NCBI GenBank assembly: GCA_043228905.1
Contig: JBHGNT010000015.1
Coordinates: 5,270,001 to 5,334,000, forward strand
DNA from: Azolla caroliniana
Lineage: Eukaryota > Plantae > Polypodiophyta
Length of the DNA: 64,000 nucleotides
Direction: 5' to 3'
A program made the position numbers and the translations under genes. The notes under the pieces were generated by a model that had not been told where the DNA came from, did not search any database, and saw only the letters and a list, made by a program, of their open reading frames with translations. Position 1 is the first letter of the stretch. Every line of letters starts with the position of its first letter. Of the stretch, positions 26,762 through 39,090 are shown piece after piece.

Positions 26762-27030
26762 GCTAGAGTAGGTTCGTGGGAAGGAGATTGGTGGTTGCGG
26801 TGGGCTGGAGCTCTGTGATAGGATGGAGGAGAAGGTGAGGGGGACGAGCGATGGGAGCACTGATAGTTAGAAGGTGGGTTTCTATTTTGTGTAGAAGATC
26901 TTCTATTTCCTTCTTTTTGTGGCTTAGGGTTCATTGGGCGGTGATCCATCGTGGTGCCGCGTAGTCCTTTTAATAGTCGCTATCTTTTTTTTTTTTTTTC
27001 TGTAACGGTTATATACAACCTATTTTTACA

Positions 27031-30000
27031 TTATGGTACAAGTGGGGCCGTCCCTTTACGCCGCGGGTTCTTCGGCACTGTCCTGTTTGGCGGTGAATGG
27101 GTTAGGTGGCGTAGGGCCCAGGTAAGGTTTAAGGCGAAACCCATTCACCTTTTGCCATACTACTTCCCCGGCCAGCGTACCTAGTTGGAACGTGCCTTGT
27201 TCCGCTCCAATTATCCAGTATGGGCCGGTCTAGCGGAATCGTAACTTCCTCGGCATATGGCCCATGCGGGTTTGGAAAACCAGCACCGCTCGACCGACGA
27301 CGAACTCCTTTTCCCTTGCGTTTCGATGTCGATCCACAAACGCTTTACGCCGTCGCTGTTCCTGCTCCAACACAACCATGCTGTGTACGAGGTTTCCCCC
27401 GAGTTCGAGTAGCTGGTGGAGCCATACCTCCTCCGACTTGGCTTCCGATAGTCGGTCCCGTACCTGAATCCACAAACTAGGTACCTGAAATTCGACCAGC
27501 ATCACAACCACCAACCCAAACGCTAGTTGAAACGGTGTTGACTGTATGCTTGTTTTGTAGCTGGTTCTGTACGCCCATAACGCACTCTGTAATTTGGTAT
27601 CCTAGTCCGTTCTATTTTCATTGACAATTTTCTTCAAGATGGTCTGCAATGTCTTGCTGGTGGATTTTGCTAACCCATTCGGTTGTGGATAATATGGCGT
27701 ACTCTTCTTATGGACTACGATGTAATGATGTGTTAGTTCCCGAACCACCGTATTGAGAAAGTGACTCCCTTGGTCACTGATGAGCTCAATCGGACAGCCG
27801 AACCGGCACTAGATGTGCTCGTAAAGGAATCTGGCTGTGACGGCCGTTGTATTTTCTCGTAGTGCCTTTGCTTCTACCCACTTGGTGCAGTAATCCGTAG
27901 CTACCAATATGTATTTATTGCTCATACGGGCTGCCGTTGGTGTGAAGGGGCCACGAAATCCAATCCCCACTTTTGGAAGGGGTCTAGCGGTAATACGGGC
28001 TGGTGTGGCATCCTTGCGCCCTCCATGGGCTGGCCCATCCGTTGACACAAATCACACTTTCTACAATACTCGGATGCGTCCTTCTACGTTGTTGGCCACC
28101 ATAAGCCCGCCTGCCATATCTTCCGGGCTGTAACGTCGCCCGCGTAATGGCCGCCTGCCGTGCCATAGTGCGCCTCCCATAAAACTGCTTCTTTCTCATC
28201 TTGACGTACCCCACGTTGCCAAATGCCGTCACTGCCTTTGTGATATAAAACTCCTTCTACGAGGCAGAAGTTACGGCTTCGAACGGCTAGTTGTTTCTTC
28301 TCGTCCGTGCGTAATTGTGGTGGAGGCAGTCCTATAGTCAAAAGGTATGTCATTTCCATAAGCCACCGGTCTAGAAAGGTCGATTCCGTTCTTTCTGCTA
28401 GTGCTGCTACCCGCAGGACGTCGGCGTCCGGAAAATCGTCATCATCTTTCTGTACTGTTTCTCCATTCTCGAGTCTGCTCAAAAAATCTGCCACCGCGTG
28501 TTGCATCCCTGGTCGGTGCTGGATTACGAAATTGAATTCTTGGAGCAACAACATCCATCGCGCCAATTTCCCCATTAGGGCTTGTTTCTCCACCAAATAC
28601 AGTAGTGCCGAATGATCCACGTGGAACGTGAATTTCCTCCCTAGTAAATAATGCCGAAATTGATTGATGCTATAGATCATCCCTAGCGCCTCCCGCTCCG
28701 TTGTGGAATAGTTACACTCTGTTGTTAATAATTTGCGACTAGCGTAGTACACTGGCCGGTACCAGTTTGGTTCAATGAGCTGCATTAGTGCACTTCCTAT
28801 TGCTATGTCCGAGGCGTCGACGAACACGTGGAATGGCTTCACCCAAACTAGTGGTTGTATGATGGGGGCCTGTGTGAGCATTATCTTAAGTGCCTCATAG
28901 GCCTTGTCCTCCGTTGTTGTCCATTGGAAGGGAGTCCAATGTACGACAACATGTAACGGCGTGGTGAAGTCCGCCAAATATCGTATCATCCGACTATGCC
29001 ACCGTATTTGTCCTAAAAACCGGTCGAGTGATTTCGCGTTTGTCAGAGTTTTGGCTTGCGTAATCGCGGAGATTTTGTTCAGATCGACCACTTTTCCCTC
29101 CTTGTTGACTATATGGCCCAGGAGAGTCCCGCTGGTCACGCTGAAGGCACATTTTGCGGGATTCAGACTTAAGCGTGCGGTGCGGCAACGTTCCAGGAAC
29201 AGTTGCAAGTGCGTAAAATGGTCTATTGTTCTCCCATATACTGCAAAGTCATCTAAAACAACATGCATGAACGCCAGAATGTATTCCCCAAAGATCTCCG
29301 TAATTGTCCGTTGAAATGTTGTCGGCGCCGTTTTTAGCCCGAACATCATGACGGCTACCACATAGACTCCCCAGTCCGTGACAAATGTCGTCTTTTCTTG
29401 GTCCTCGGGATGCATGCGTACCTGGTTATACCCACTGAAGCCATCTAAAAAATTGTACATCTCATGTCCTGCGACGACGTCCAATACGCTATCGGTGAAG
29501 GGTAAAGGGAATGCGTCCGTAATGGTTATGACATTTAATTTTCGGTAATCCACGCATACCCGTATTTTGCCGTTTTTCTTTGGAACGACCACTATTGGGC
29601 TTAACCAGGTGGCTTGTTTAACTGGCCGTATGAACCCCGCCTTCAGGAGTTTGTCAATTTCTTCTTTTACGCGGGTCGCATAGTTTGGGTTCATGCGGTA
29701 GCAGCGCTGCTGGATGGGTTTTGCGTTGGTTGCTAAATTGATCTTATGCTGATAGAACTTGGGATCTAACCCCTTCATGTCCTTGTGAGCCCAAGCGAAC
29801 ATATGTTTATATTTCGTGAGTAGTGTGATCATCGTGTTTCTCTAGTCCGGCCTTAATTTCTTTGCGATGGAGAGGAAACGGGGTTCCAACTCCGTACCCA
29901 CATTTACTTCTTCCAGGGCGGAGGCGGTGACTCATCGTGAAATTTCCATTTCCCTTTTGAATGCGGCCCGTGCTCTGCTGAGTTCCAATATGGAATCTGG

Positions 30001-32451
30001 GTTTGGTTCGTAAGCCTCGTTGTGGAAAATAGTGGCCGTGGCATATTCTGCCGTGGTTGCGATGATGTCGATTTCGAACAACGGAATGATCCGTGGGTGC
30101 TCATCTAGGTATGCCTCTAATTCTGCATTCTCCACCCCAGCCAACATATTTATATCTTCTACGTATAATGGTGTTATACCCTTGGGTTGTGGTGTGCTTC
30201 CTTCCGTAGGTACGCGAACCTTGGTGCGTCCGTGTCGGAAACTGATACACTTGTGTTGCCAGCTCTACTTGATATTTGCTGCCCGAAGCCATGGTCTGCC
30301 CAGAAGCACTAGGTACGCCCCTAGGGCGTCCAAGGCGAGGACAACCGTCGAGATGTCAAAGCGATGTCCGCCCATGATAATGCCTATCTTGCGAATTAAC
30401 CCCAATGGTCGTACTGAACGGGTATCTGCCATTTGGAGCCAGAATGGGCAAGCCTCCCATTCTGAGATGCCTAATTGCTTGCAAGTTTTCGCACTAATTA
30501 CATTGACGCCTGAGCCGCCATCAATTACGCATCCAAGAATTTCTTGTCTGTGTAATATTAATGTAATAGCCGGGTTGTGGTGATCCACTCCAAGCGGGTC
30601 GTCGCTAACGTCTGTAAGGTTTGTAGCGACGCTCACCCCAGGTATGCCTGTCACCCGTTCTTCCATGGTCTGGCGGAAGCGTGGGACTAGCTGAAACAAC
30701 TTCTCCATGGTTAACATTATCTCACAGCCCGCTAATGCTTGCCAAATGGGGTCCGGGACCGGTCCTTCGTCTTCTACTTGCTCCCTCGCATTCGCGGACT
30801 CCTTCCGCATGCGCTCTGTATTGGTCGCGTTTGCTTTTTCCACCCATGCCTAGGTTTGTCGTCATATCTCATCTTGCGTAGCCCAATAAGCCGTTTTTGT
30901 TTGTTGGCGCGTCGTGACTTGCTGCACTTCCGCGGTAATCGTGATGACGGCGGGCCCCTTGCCCTTGCGTGCTAGGCATTGCGTGGCATAATGTCCAGGC
31001 TCCTGACAAATAAAACAATGGATACTTGATTCACCCTTCTCGATTCCTGGTGGTGTGTGCCGATCCCCTTCTGCGACTTGCTCCTCCTGGTCCGGCCTGG
31101 TTTGTCGGAACACATGCGGTGGTTGCCGTTGGTCTCGTCGTGGTTCTTGGTGTCTCTCATCTCCCGAGCTTTCGTCGTAACGCCGGTGATCTCGATATTG
31201 CCGTGGCTTCCCACGATAACCATTGAAGCTGCCACGTTTGTTTGCCGGCCGGTGATTCTCATAGCGCCGGCCCCCTTTAGCATAACTCGGATGTCCACGA
31301 TAATCCTCATCCTCTGGTTCATCTTCCTCAGAATCGTTGTGATTTCGGCGATTCCGGTGGTGCCGGTCGTCCCGTGGGTTGCGATCCATATACCGTGGTC
31401 GGTCTTCTTGCCTCCTTTGTTCAGTATGGCGTGGGGGACACTGTGTGTCCATGCTGCGGACTGTGGGAGCGGCTCTGTTCAACATATTGTATTCGCATTG
31501 TTCGACTGTGTGAGCCTTTGAGTGGCAGATTGGGTAGTGGATTCGCATGTTGCACTCCACTGCAGAATGCCCCAAGTTCAAGCAAATCGTGCACTGGATT
31601 ACTTGACGAAACTGGCGTTCCTCGTCCTGGGGTAATGCTTTTCGTAAGGAGGAGATAGAAAAACTTTCCTCCTCCTCGTCCAACTTGACCTGTAACGCTC
31701 GTTGAATGACCATATTTTCCGTTTCCCCTTTCACGCTATTGTTGTTGAGCGTTGCCCGGATGGGTCGGCGTAATGCTGCCAGAATTGTCTCTCGAGCCTC
31801 GTCCTCTGTGGTGCTCCGTTCTAGTTTCCGTCGTAAATTTTGGAAACGTAAGCTAAAGTCTGCAATCGTCTCGGTTGGCAGTTGCTTAATCGTGTAGAAC
31901 TGTCCGAGGATTTCGCATTGTGGAACCCTCCGATGGAAGAACCGCAAGAAAGTGGACTGCAACTGATCGAAGGTCGTGATTGCTGGTAAATCCATCTGTG
32001 AATGCCAAAACGCCGCTCGCCCATCCAATGTTAACCCGAACTCCGTCATTTTCGACTGGTGCGCTACCGCCTCCGAAAGGCTCTGTGCCATGTGGTTCGC
32101 ATTTTAGACATTAAGGAACATACGAATATGGGTTGTGGCGTCGGTTTCGCCGTTAAAGCAGGGATAGGCAAAGGCCATGCTGGGGGCTACGACGGGTCGG
32201 GAAAGACCAAATGATGGCTGTGGTGAGCGTGCTCCTCACGTATTGTCGAGGTGTTTGGAGAGCGAAGAATCACCTTTGTAATCACGACAGGTAGGACTGA
32301 GGTCGCTGAGGTCCTCTGCCTGGCTTCTACCATGCGCGGTCCTCTGCCTGGCGTGTGACGGACCTTGTGATTGGCCGGTCTTGTCATGTTGGTTCTCTGG
32401 GGTGTCTGCGGCTAAACATCCATTCGTCGTTGCTCTTCTGTGAGAAGACAC
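27031..32451 (-). pseudogene. Gypsy B gag-pol (degenerate)
   Basis: Three CCHC-type knuckles, VIDGGSGVN protease, MMFGLKTAP/VLDD RT, VDASDIAIG RNase H, TDYCTKWVEA integrase. Confidence 0.88.
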
Positions 32452-32473
32452 AGATCACCAAGAGTGCCAAAAT

Positions 32474-32930
32474 TGTTACTGATTAGGAACACGGTCTGCG
32501 GTCAGTCCTTCGACCTAGAATTCCAAGTGATTGTGGAACAACGAATGGGGCGTCTATGCGTAATGCGTAGGGGAATGTTCCCCATAACCTATCAACGTAT
32601 AAGGGAGATGGCTACAACCGACTCCTTAGCAATGGTTACACTTACGTTCTTACATGCTCAGTATTCCAGACACACAATAGATTTAGCCGTACCTATACAC
32701 AGACTTTCAGAGAAGATAGAATTCTATTACGATACGCTTCTTTACATTCCAAAATACACGCTCCCTCTATCAGAGGTTTTCTGCCCTTTATATACGCAGG
32801 GTCTATTTAGCCGTTCACGCTTCCTGCGTGAACCGTTACATGCGTTATGATCTTATATTATTTCTTATTCCTACGCTCTTGTCCATTGGTTACTATTCCG
32901 GCGGACAACACCTGGCACGCCTCTGGGACA
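32474..32930 (-). repeat. 5' LTR of Gypsy B
   Basis: Repeat of 22929-23384; adjacent to the PBS. Confidence 0.82.
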
Positions 32931-33240
32931 GTGCCCTAGCACGTTGAACCCATCTCGTTAATCTTCTTCCAAAATGGCCCGGATGTTTGGCTCTGCTACG
33001 GTGTCCGCGTCCGGAGGCGACGTAGGGCCCGTAGGTGCATCCTGGTGTGGCTCCCCTGTTTGGTTGGAATGGTTGCTCCCGGTGTCGCAGTCATCCTGTG
33101 TGGGCGGTCCGGGTACGGTGGGCTCTTCTTGAGCTAGTGGGTTGGGCTCCGCCGTCGTCGTGCTTGCGGTCGGCTGCGGCTCTGTGTCAATCGTTACTTC
33201 CTCCGTGGTGTCGACCATCTTTGTACGTTCCGGGGAGTGG
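32931..33240 (-). mobile_element. Remnant 3' internal region of a tandem second Gypsy B copy
   Basis: Duplicates 23385-23690 (…AEPNIRAILEED*). Confidence 0.85.
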
Positions 33241-33987
33241 TGTTAATTTACATGCTGTTCGGCTAAATTTTGAATCGGGGTTGGTTGAGTCGGCTTGGTC
33301 GCTCCTCTAGTCCTTCGGCCCTTCGGCTCTTTTAGACCTGGTGCTCGATTCCGGCTCTTCTCTTGCTACCTTTGATTCAACTTTCCAGCTCTCCTCAGCT
33401 TGTTGTTGTAGTCCCATCTGTCTCCTTAGTGTTCCAAAGTGGTGATCTGGGCGCGGTTTCGTCACACAATCTACAATGTTCTCCTTTGTATCAACCTTCC
33501 AGACTTTGATCTTTTTATCAGTGACAAGCTCATGTATATGGTGATACCTCACCTCAATATGTTTCCTCATGGCATGATAAACTAGATTCTGAATGAGGTG
33601 GATTGCGCTATGTGAGTCACAATATAGAGTTAGAGTGGGATGGTCGAATCATCTCTTGGCCGAAAAATCGACTGATAGTTGTTGCATCCAAATTGCTTCT
33701 TTTGCTACCTTCAACGCAACAATGTACTCCGCCTCTGTGATGGAGAGTGCCATGTACATTCTTGGAGTTTTGACCTCCGTAGGTGAAGATGTAGCCTGAT
33801 GTCGATTTCCAATTGTCAGGGTTGTTGTCATAGTCAGAATCAGTGAAACCTCAACTTTGGTCGGATAGTTAGATCTAAAAGTCAGTTGTAAGTTCTTGGT
33901 TCCGCAAAGATACTGGAATATGTGTTTAACAACTTCCCAGTGTTTCTTTCCGGGATTAGAATTGTAGCGCATGGTGACGCTTACAAC
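33241..33987 (-). pseudogene. Old Copia RT-end/RNase H fragment (Copia G)
   Basis: SNPGKKHWEVVKHI, ALSITEAEYIV, KHIEVRYHHI, ENIVDCVTKP. Confidence 0.85.
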
Positions 33988-34231
33988 CATAGATTGACAC
34001 ATGCGTGATATTCTTGATATTCTCCATGCATGATACTCGCAATATTCGAGAATACAAAATGGCCCTAAGAATATTATAAAACCATTCGTTTCGCAAAATA
34101 AATATACAAATAAATAAATAAATAATTTTTTTAAAATAGATAGATTTAATTCACTACAAAAAAACAATCATTCATTAATAGATTAAAAAAATATGATTCG
34201 TATTTACTGTCCTTTATCACTAGTGTCAAAT
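33988..34231. mobile_element. hAT-type MITE copy 2, 5' part
   Basis: Starts with TIR CATAGATTGACA and aligns to 405-600. Confidence 0.9.
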
Positions 34232-34639
34232 TGTTGAGAGTCGAACTCAACTTCCCATAGTAATAGGTTTCACACTAGCTTATGGTCATACCAATCTAGT
34301 TTTGTAAATAGTAGAAAGGGCACTTGCCCTAGTTTAGTTGGTATTTAAACCAACCCCTTGTAACTTAGTTACGGTTGGAAGTATTTTGGTTAATGTAATA
34401 TACAATCTTTTATCTCTGTCTTAAGCTCTCTCTCTCTCTCTCTCTCTCTGTGTTTTGCCTTACGTGCATACACACACACACACACACACACAATTATCTT
34501 CCGCTGCATTACACCACCAACTCCATTTATTTACATGGTATCAGAGCATGTGGTTGCTTAATCGAATCTATTCAACTGTGTTGTGGTACACGCTGACGAT
34601 CAACAGAACCGGCTCATCAACAGAGAAGAAATCGACATA

Positions 34640-37363
34640 ATGAACACTCAGATGGGAAGCGCTCTTCCTACAGAGAAGCTTGACAGAACGAACTTCGCAT
34701 CTTGAGAATACAAGATGCATCAATACCTTGTCGGACAAGGTTATTGGAGCTACATTGAAGGAGCTCACGAAACTCAACCCAACCCAACACACGCCGACTA
34801 TTCTGCTTGGGTGCAGGCCGCAAGCCGTGTGTTGGATTGCCTTGCATCATGCATTCATGATCATATGCTTGGCTATATTCGAGATTCGAAAACACTGAAA
34901 GAAGCTTGGGGAAACCTCAAGAAGATTTTTGCGGCCAACACGGCTGCACGAAAGCTCCAACTTCAACAGGAGCTAAATAACATGCAATAGAGGGACATGT
35001 CAATCACAGGCTATACCTTAAAGATCAAGGGGTTGCGCTATGCCCTCGGTTCGATTAATGTTGTAATCGACGATGAGGAGATGGTGCAAATATGCCTCGG
35101 CGGCTTAACACCCCGATTTGGCTCGATTAGATCGACCATCCTTGCAAGGGAGAACCCTCCTTCATTTTTCGATCTCCAATCAATATTGTTGGTTCAGGAA
35201 AATCACGCCCGACAAAGGAGCAACGCACCAGAAGGTCATATGCTCTACTCCCAGTCAGATGATAGAAGAAATTTTGGTTGTGGAAATAGAGGTTGATTCG
35301 AACAAGGCCGTAATGGTCGGCAGCCTCAAGCGCGTAACTCCCACCAATGGCAAGCGGACAGGAACGACCCTAGAGAGTTTGGCAGAAGGGGGAGTCATCA
35401 CGCTGGACCAAGCAATCGTAATACCCCGATCGAATGCGGGTACTGTGGAAAACACAACCACTATGAAGAGGAGTGCCAGAAAAAGGTACGAGACTCGGCT
35501 TCAACTAGCCGATAGCTCACGAACTACGCATCGAATTCCGATTACGACAATCGTAGGGGAATGTTCACGAATTCCACATCGAATGTTTACAAATTACGCC
35601 TTGAATTCCGACTATGGCGACCGTGGCAGAATGTTCGTAATGAGGCACGAAGCACACTCAATGTCCGCACAGGCCTCAACTGGCGCCTCCGCCTCAAATA
35701 ACGTATGGTTTGTTGACCCGGGAGCATCCAACCACATGACTTCTCATGAAGATTGGTTTCAGGAATTACGAAAACTTGAACAACCCGGATATGTTGAGAC
35801 AGGCGATGACACGACTCATCCAATACAACATATCGGGAATGTCCCATTTGGAAATAATGGCAAACAAACCTATCTCAAGAACGTACTGCTTGTCCCTACC
35901 GTCACGAAAACCTGGTCTCGGTCAGCCAGATTGTCGAACAAGGAATGCAGGTACGATTCATCAATGATGGGTGCTTTATCGAAAGAGGAGATCAAGTCGT
36001 AGCTCACGGCCGTATGTTTGTCCTCGAATCGAACAAGGTAAAATTGGCCATGTTTGCAAAGGGCCTCAAAGTCGAAACTGACCTAAACTTGTGGCACAAG
36101 AGAATTGGTCACATCAATCTCCAAAAGCTTCAAAACATGAAATCGAAAGGAATTGTAATCGGACTGCCGAACTTTACCGCGACGGAGATTACATGCATAT
36201 GCGAGGCGTGCCAGTTCAGAAAAGCAACGCCGACATCCATTCCCGAAAGAGCAGAATGTGAGCAAAGGGATCCTGGATATCGTGCATTGAGATGTATAGG
36301 GACCGGCTTAGATAAGCACACTTGGCAGATGCTGATATTACGTCACGTTCATCGAAGACTTCTTCAGGCACACCTAGATCTACTCGGTGAGACAGAAGAG
36401 CGAAGTGTCCAGACACTTCTAGAGGTTCAAGGCCAAAGTCGAAAAAACTACGGGTCAGCACGTACGCTGCCTTTGATCGGATAGAGGCAAAGAATACTTT
36501 TCGGATGATTTTACAACGTATCTCCGAAAGGAAGGAATCTAACGAAAATTCTCATGCCGTCACACACCTCAGCAGAACGGTGTAGCTGAGCGTAAAAACC
36601 GGCACATAGTAGAAGTTGCACGAGCTATGATGAATGAGAATAACCTGTCAAAATCGTATTGAGCAAAAGTGGCGAACACGGTCGTATACTTCATGAATAG
36701 GTGCAAAACCTTGGGAGTACACGACGTAACTCCTCATGAAAAGTTCTTTGGAAAGAAGCCGGACTTATCGCTTACGTACATATTCCCGACGATACACGAC
36801 AAAAGCTCGACCCAAAGTCGGAGAAATGTATCCTCCTAGGATACTCACTCGAACAGAAGGGGTATAAATGCTACAACCCATCTACCCGAAAAGCTCGAAC
36901 AAGTTGAAACATAGTCTTCGACGAGTCCGCATCTTGGTATGCACCAGAAACAACTTCGACTTTGACTCTGCTCGACCCGGAATCCGCTGAAATGGAGATA
37001 GAAGACGAAGATCGGCTCACACGCATGTTCGAAGAAAGCCCGATTATGACATGGCTTAGTGGACCACTAGAGCCCCCGAGTGACCAAAGCACATTTCGAT
37101 CGAGTCCGAAACTCGACAAAGGGAAGGCCAAGATGTCCGAATATGAAGATCCAATCGACAACGCATCGACTCACTCCCTGGACAGTGAGTTCGAAGGCCT
37201 AGACATCCCACTTATCTGGATAGATGGAGCGAAGAAAGCCTTAGTATCCGCAAACGAGAAACTCCGCCGATCGACCCATGAAAAGAACCCTGTAAGATGT
37301 TTCGGCTACAACGATTATATGGCGTACCATTACGCCTTCATGATGAAGGTAGCATCAGTACGG
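34640..37363 (+). pseudogene. Copia B gag-protease-integrase (many stops)
   Basis: MNTQMGSALPTEKLDR, WFVDPGASNHMT, LWHKRIGHINL; homologous to Copia A. Confidence 0.88.
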
Positions 37364-38062
37364 TGTCGCGTTGTTACGCGCGCTTGCGTGTAGAACGAGG
37401 CGGGACCACCGGGGCCTTGGACCAAGAAATAGCTGAGAAGGAGGGGAACGTAAACGCAACAGACGCACTTGCACGCACACGGACGCGGGGCACACAGGAA
37501 TCACAGTGCATCAACACAGCAAAACGAGACGACTAGAAGTCTGGGTATATGAACACCTATGTATATTAATTTGTATGTGTATATCAAGACGGTTACAACT
37601 AACAGGCTGGCAAGGCGAACGCCGACACCTGTTTACTCACACGTAGAAGAGTGAGATGGAGACTCTACCAGAAGCACACGGGCGTTCCACGAAGCAGAGT
37701 CAGCCTCCCGAAAACTTGCGCCTAGCGAATATAAAGAAAGAAGGAGGAGAAGAGCTCGGTCCCAGTCCGACAACACTTCGTCCTCCACAAAAAAAAAACC
37801 GATCCCCCCTTTCATTCCTCTCCCTCTCTTTTATAGCCCAAGGAGGGAGGCTGTTATCATTCGTTATATCATATTAATTCTCTGTCCTTTCGGACAGAGA
37901 TACACCTCGATTCTCTCCCTATTGAATGCGTGCTACCTAGGATTTCACCTCAGCCGACTTGTACCTACCTACTTACTATACAACGAAAGTGTGCTCACAT
38001 GTAAGGGCCGGTTTACACACGCTAAATTCGGTTTCCGCCTAGGGACGGTTTTCTTCACGACA
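37364..38062 (-). repeat. 3' LTR of Gypsy C
   Basis: Repeat of 53384-54081; TGTCG...CGACA. Confidence 0.93.
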
Positions 38063-38921
38063 TCCGCCCCCACCTAACCGCGCATCCACCGGTATGCGCC
38101 AAAATTGGGCTCTTGCCGGAGAAAACCGGTCCACGCTTTACTCCTCGCCTTTCGGATCGTCATCCGCCTCGGACCGTCCGTCGTCGCCGTCCATGATTTC
38201 CAGATCCGGCTCACACTCGTGTCGTTTCTTAAATGCTTTGACCCTCTTCCCCGCTACTGGTATTGCCATCCTCGTACCGTCGAACTCCGTACGATGGTAG
38301 GTCCCGTTGTCGTTGGCGCCTGTCACCGCGTAAGGCCCGAACAACCTCCTTGCAAACTTTCGCTGTCGTGCCTTTCGGCTCCGGATCGTTTCGTGAGTCG
38401 GGTGGAAACCGCTGGGGTTTTGGACTAGGAAGAGGAGAGTTTTAAGGCTAATAAGAATATAAATATGTTGTAAGAAAGAGTTATAGCAAACTCGTGAATC
38501 CCACGAGTGTATTGTATTTGATTAATCAATATGAATATAAGAATATAAATTTGGGTTGAAAGAGAATGATATAGAATCCTCGTGAATCCCACGAGTATAG
38601 TTTATTAATTGGTGTTTTTTAGAAACATATCCAGTTTCCAAGTATTTCACACACAATTACATTGTGCTCCCCATCCTTATGTAGTGATGAGGAAGTCTTA
38701 GTAATCCATGCTTTTTCTCTAACTATAGACCCCATGCTTTTCCTATAGATAGACTATATGCTTTATCTAAAGTGATCATGCTTTTTTCTAACTTGTGCGA
38801 TTTTTATCATGCACGCTAGATGTGTATGTGTAGCTTTTTCTTTTGTTATGCGTTTTTCTAATGTTTATCCTAGCGTGAATTTACCTTTCTATGTGGGACA
38901 TCTATGCTTTAACACTAATGA

Positions 38922-39010
38922 AATGCTAGTGTAATGGTAAGACATTACATTATTAACATGGAGGTGCAAGGTTCGAATCTTGCCCTATGCATGTTCCATT
39001 TATTTTGCTA
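38922..39010 (+). ncRNA. tRNA-like Pol III cassette (A box, B box, T-run) in the element D 3' LTR
   Basis: A box TAGTGTAATGG 38927-38937; B box GGTTCGAATC 38970-38979 in hairpin GCAAG..CTTGC; TTTT runs downstream. Confidence 0.55.
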
Positions 39011-39090
39011 TTTTCTTCTATTTCTTCATTTTTTATTGAATCTAATACTATATACGTTTTTCACGTAGTGTACAAAATACACTACGACAC

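Larger units (their letters stand above)
23408..26949 (-). pseudogene. Extra ORF of Gypsy B (globular N-terminal domain, Pro/Thr linker, long coiled coil), interrupted
   Basis: Successive minus-strand ORFs 26740-26949, 26027-26632, 25653-26219, 24251-24988, 23408-24235; frame restored across the 147-bp insert (PTLA|MPIFISTAL). Confidence 0.7.
22929..32930 (-). mobile_element. Non-chromovirus Ty3/Gypsy with extra 3' ORF (Gypsy B)
   Basis: LTRs 22929-~23384 and 32474-~32930 (about 27 substitutions plus 2 indels by eye); PBS-like TGGCACTCTTGG at 32458-32469; gag-PR-RT-RH-IN then a long extra ORF; no matching TSD found. Confidence 0.88.

Noticed and set aside
33649-34167. 172-aa ORF with hydrophobic N-terminus as a host membrane protein
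   Set aside because: Chimera of AT-rich MITE sequence and a Copia RT/RNase H fragment
38922-39010. Functional tRNA gene
   Set aside because: No convincing acceptor or anticodon stems; only the promoter boxes and T-arm are recognisable
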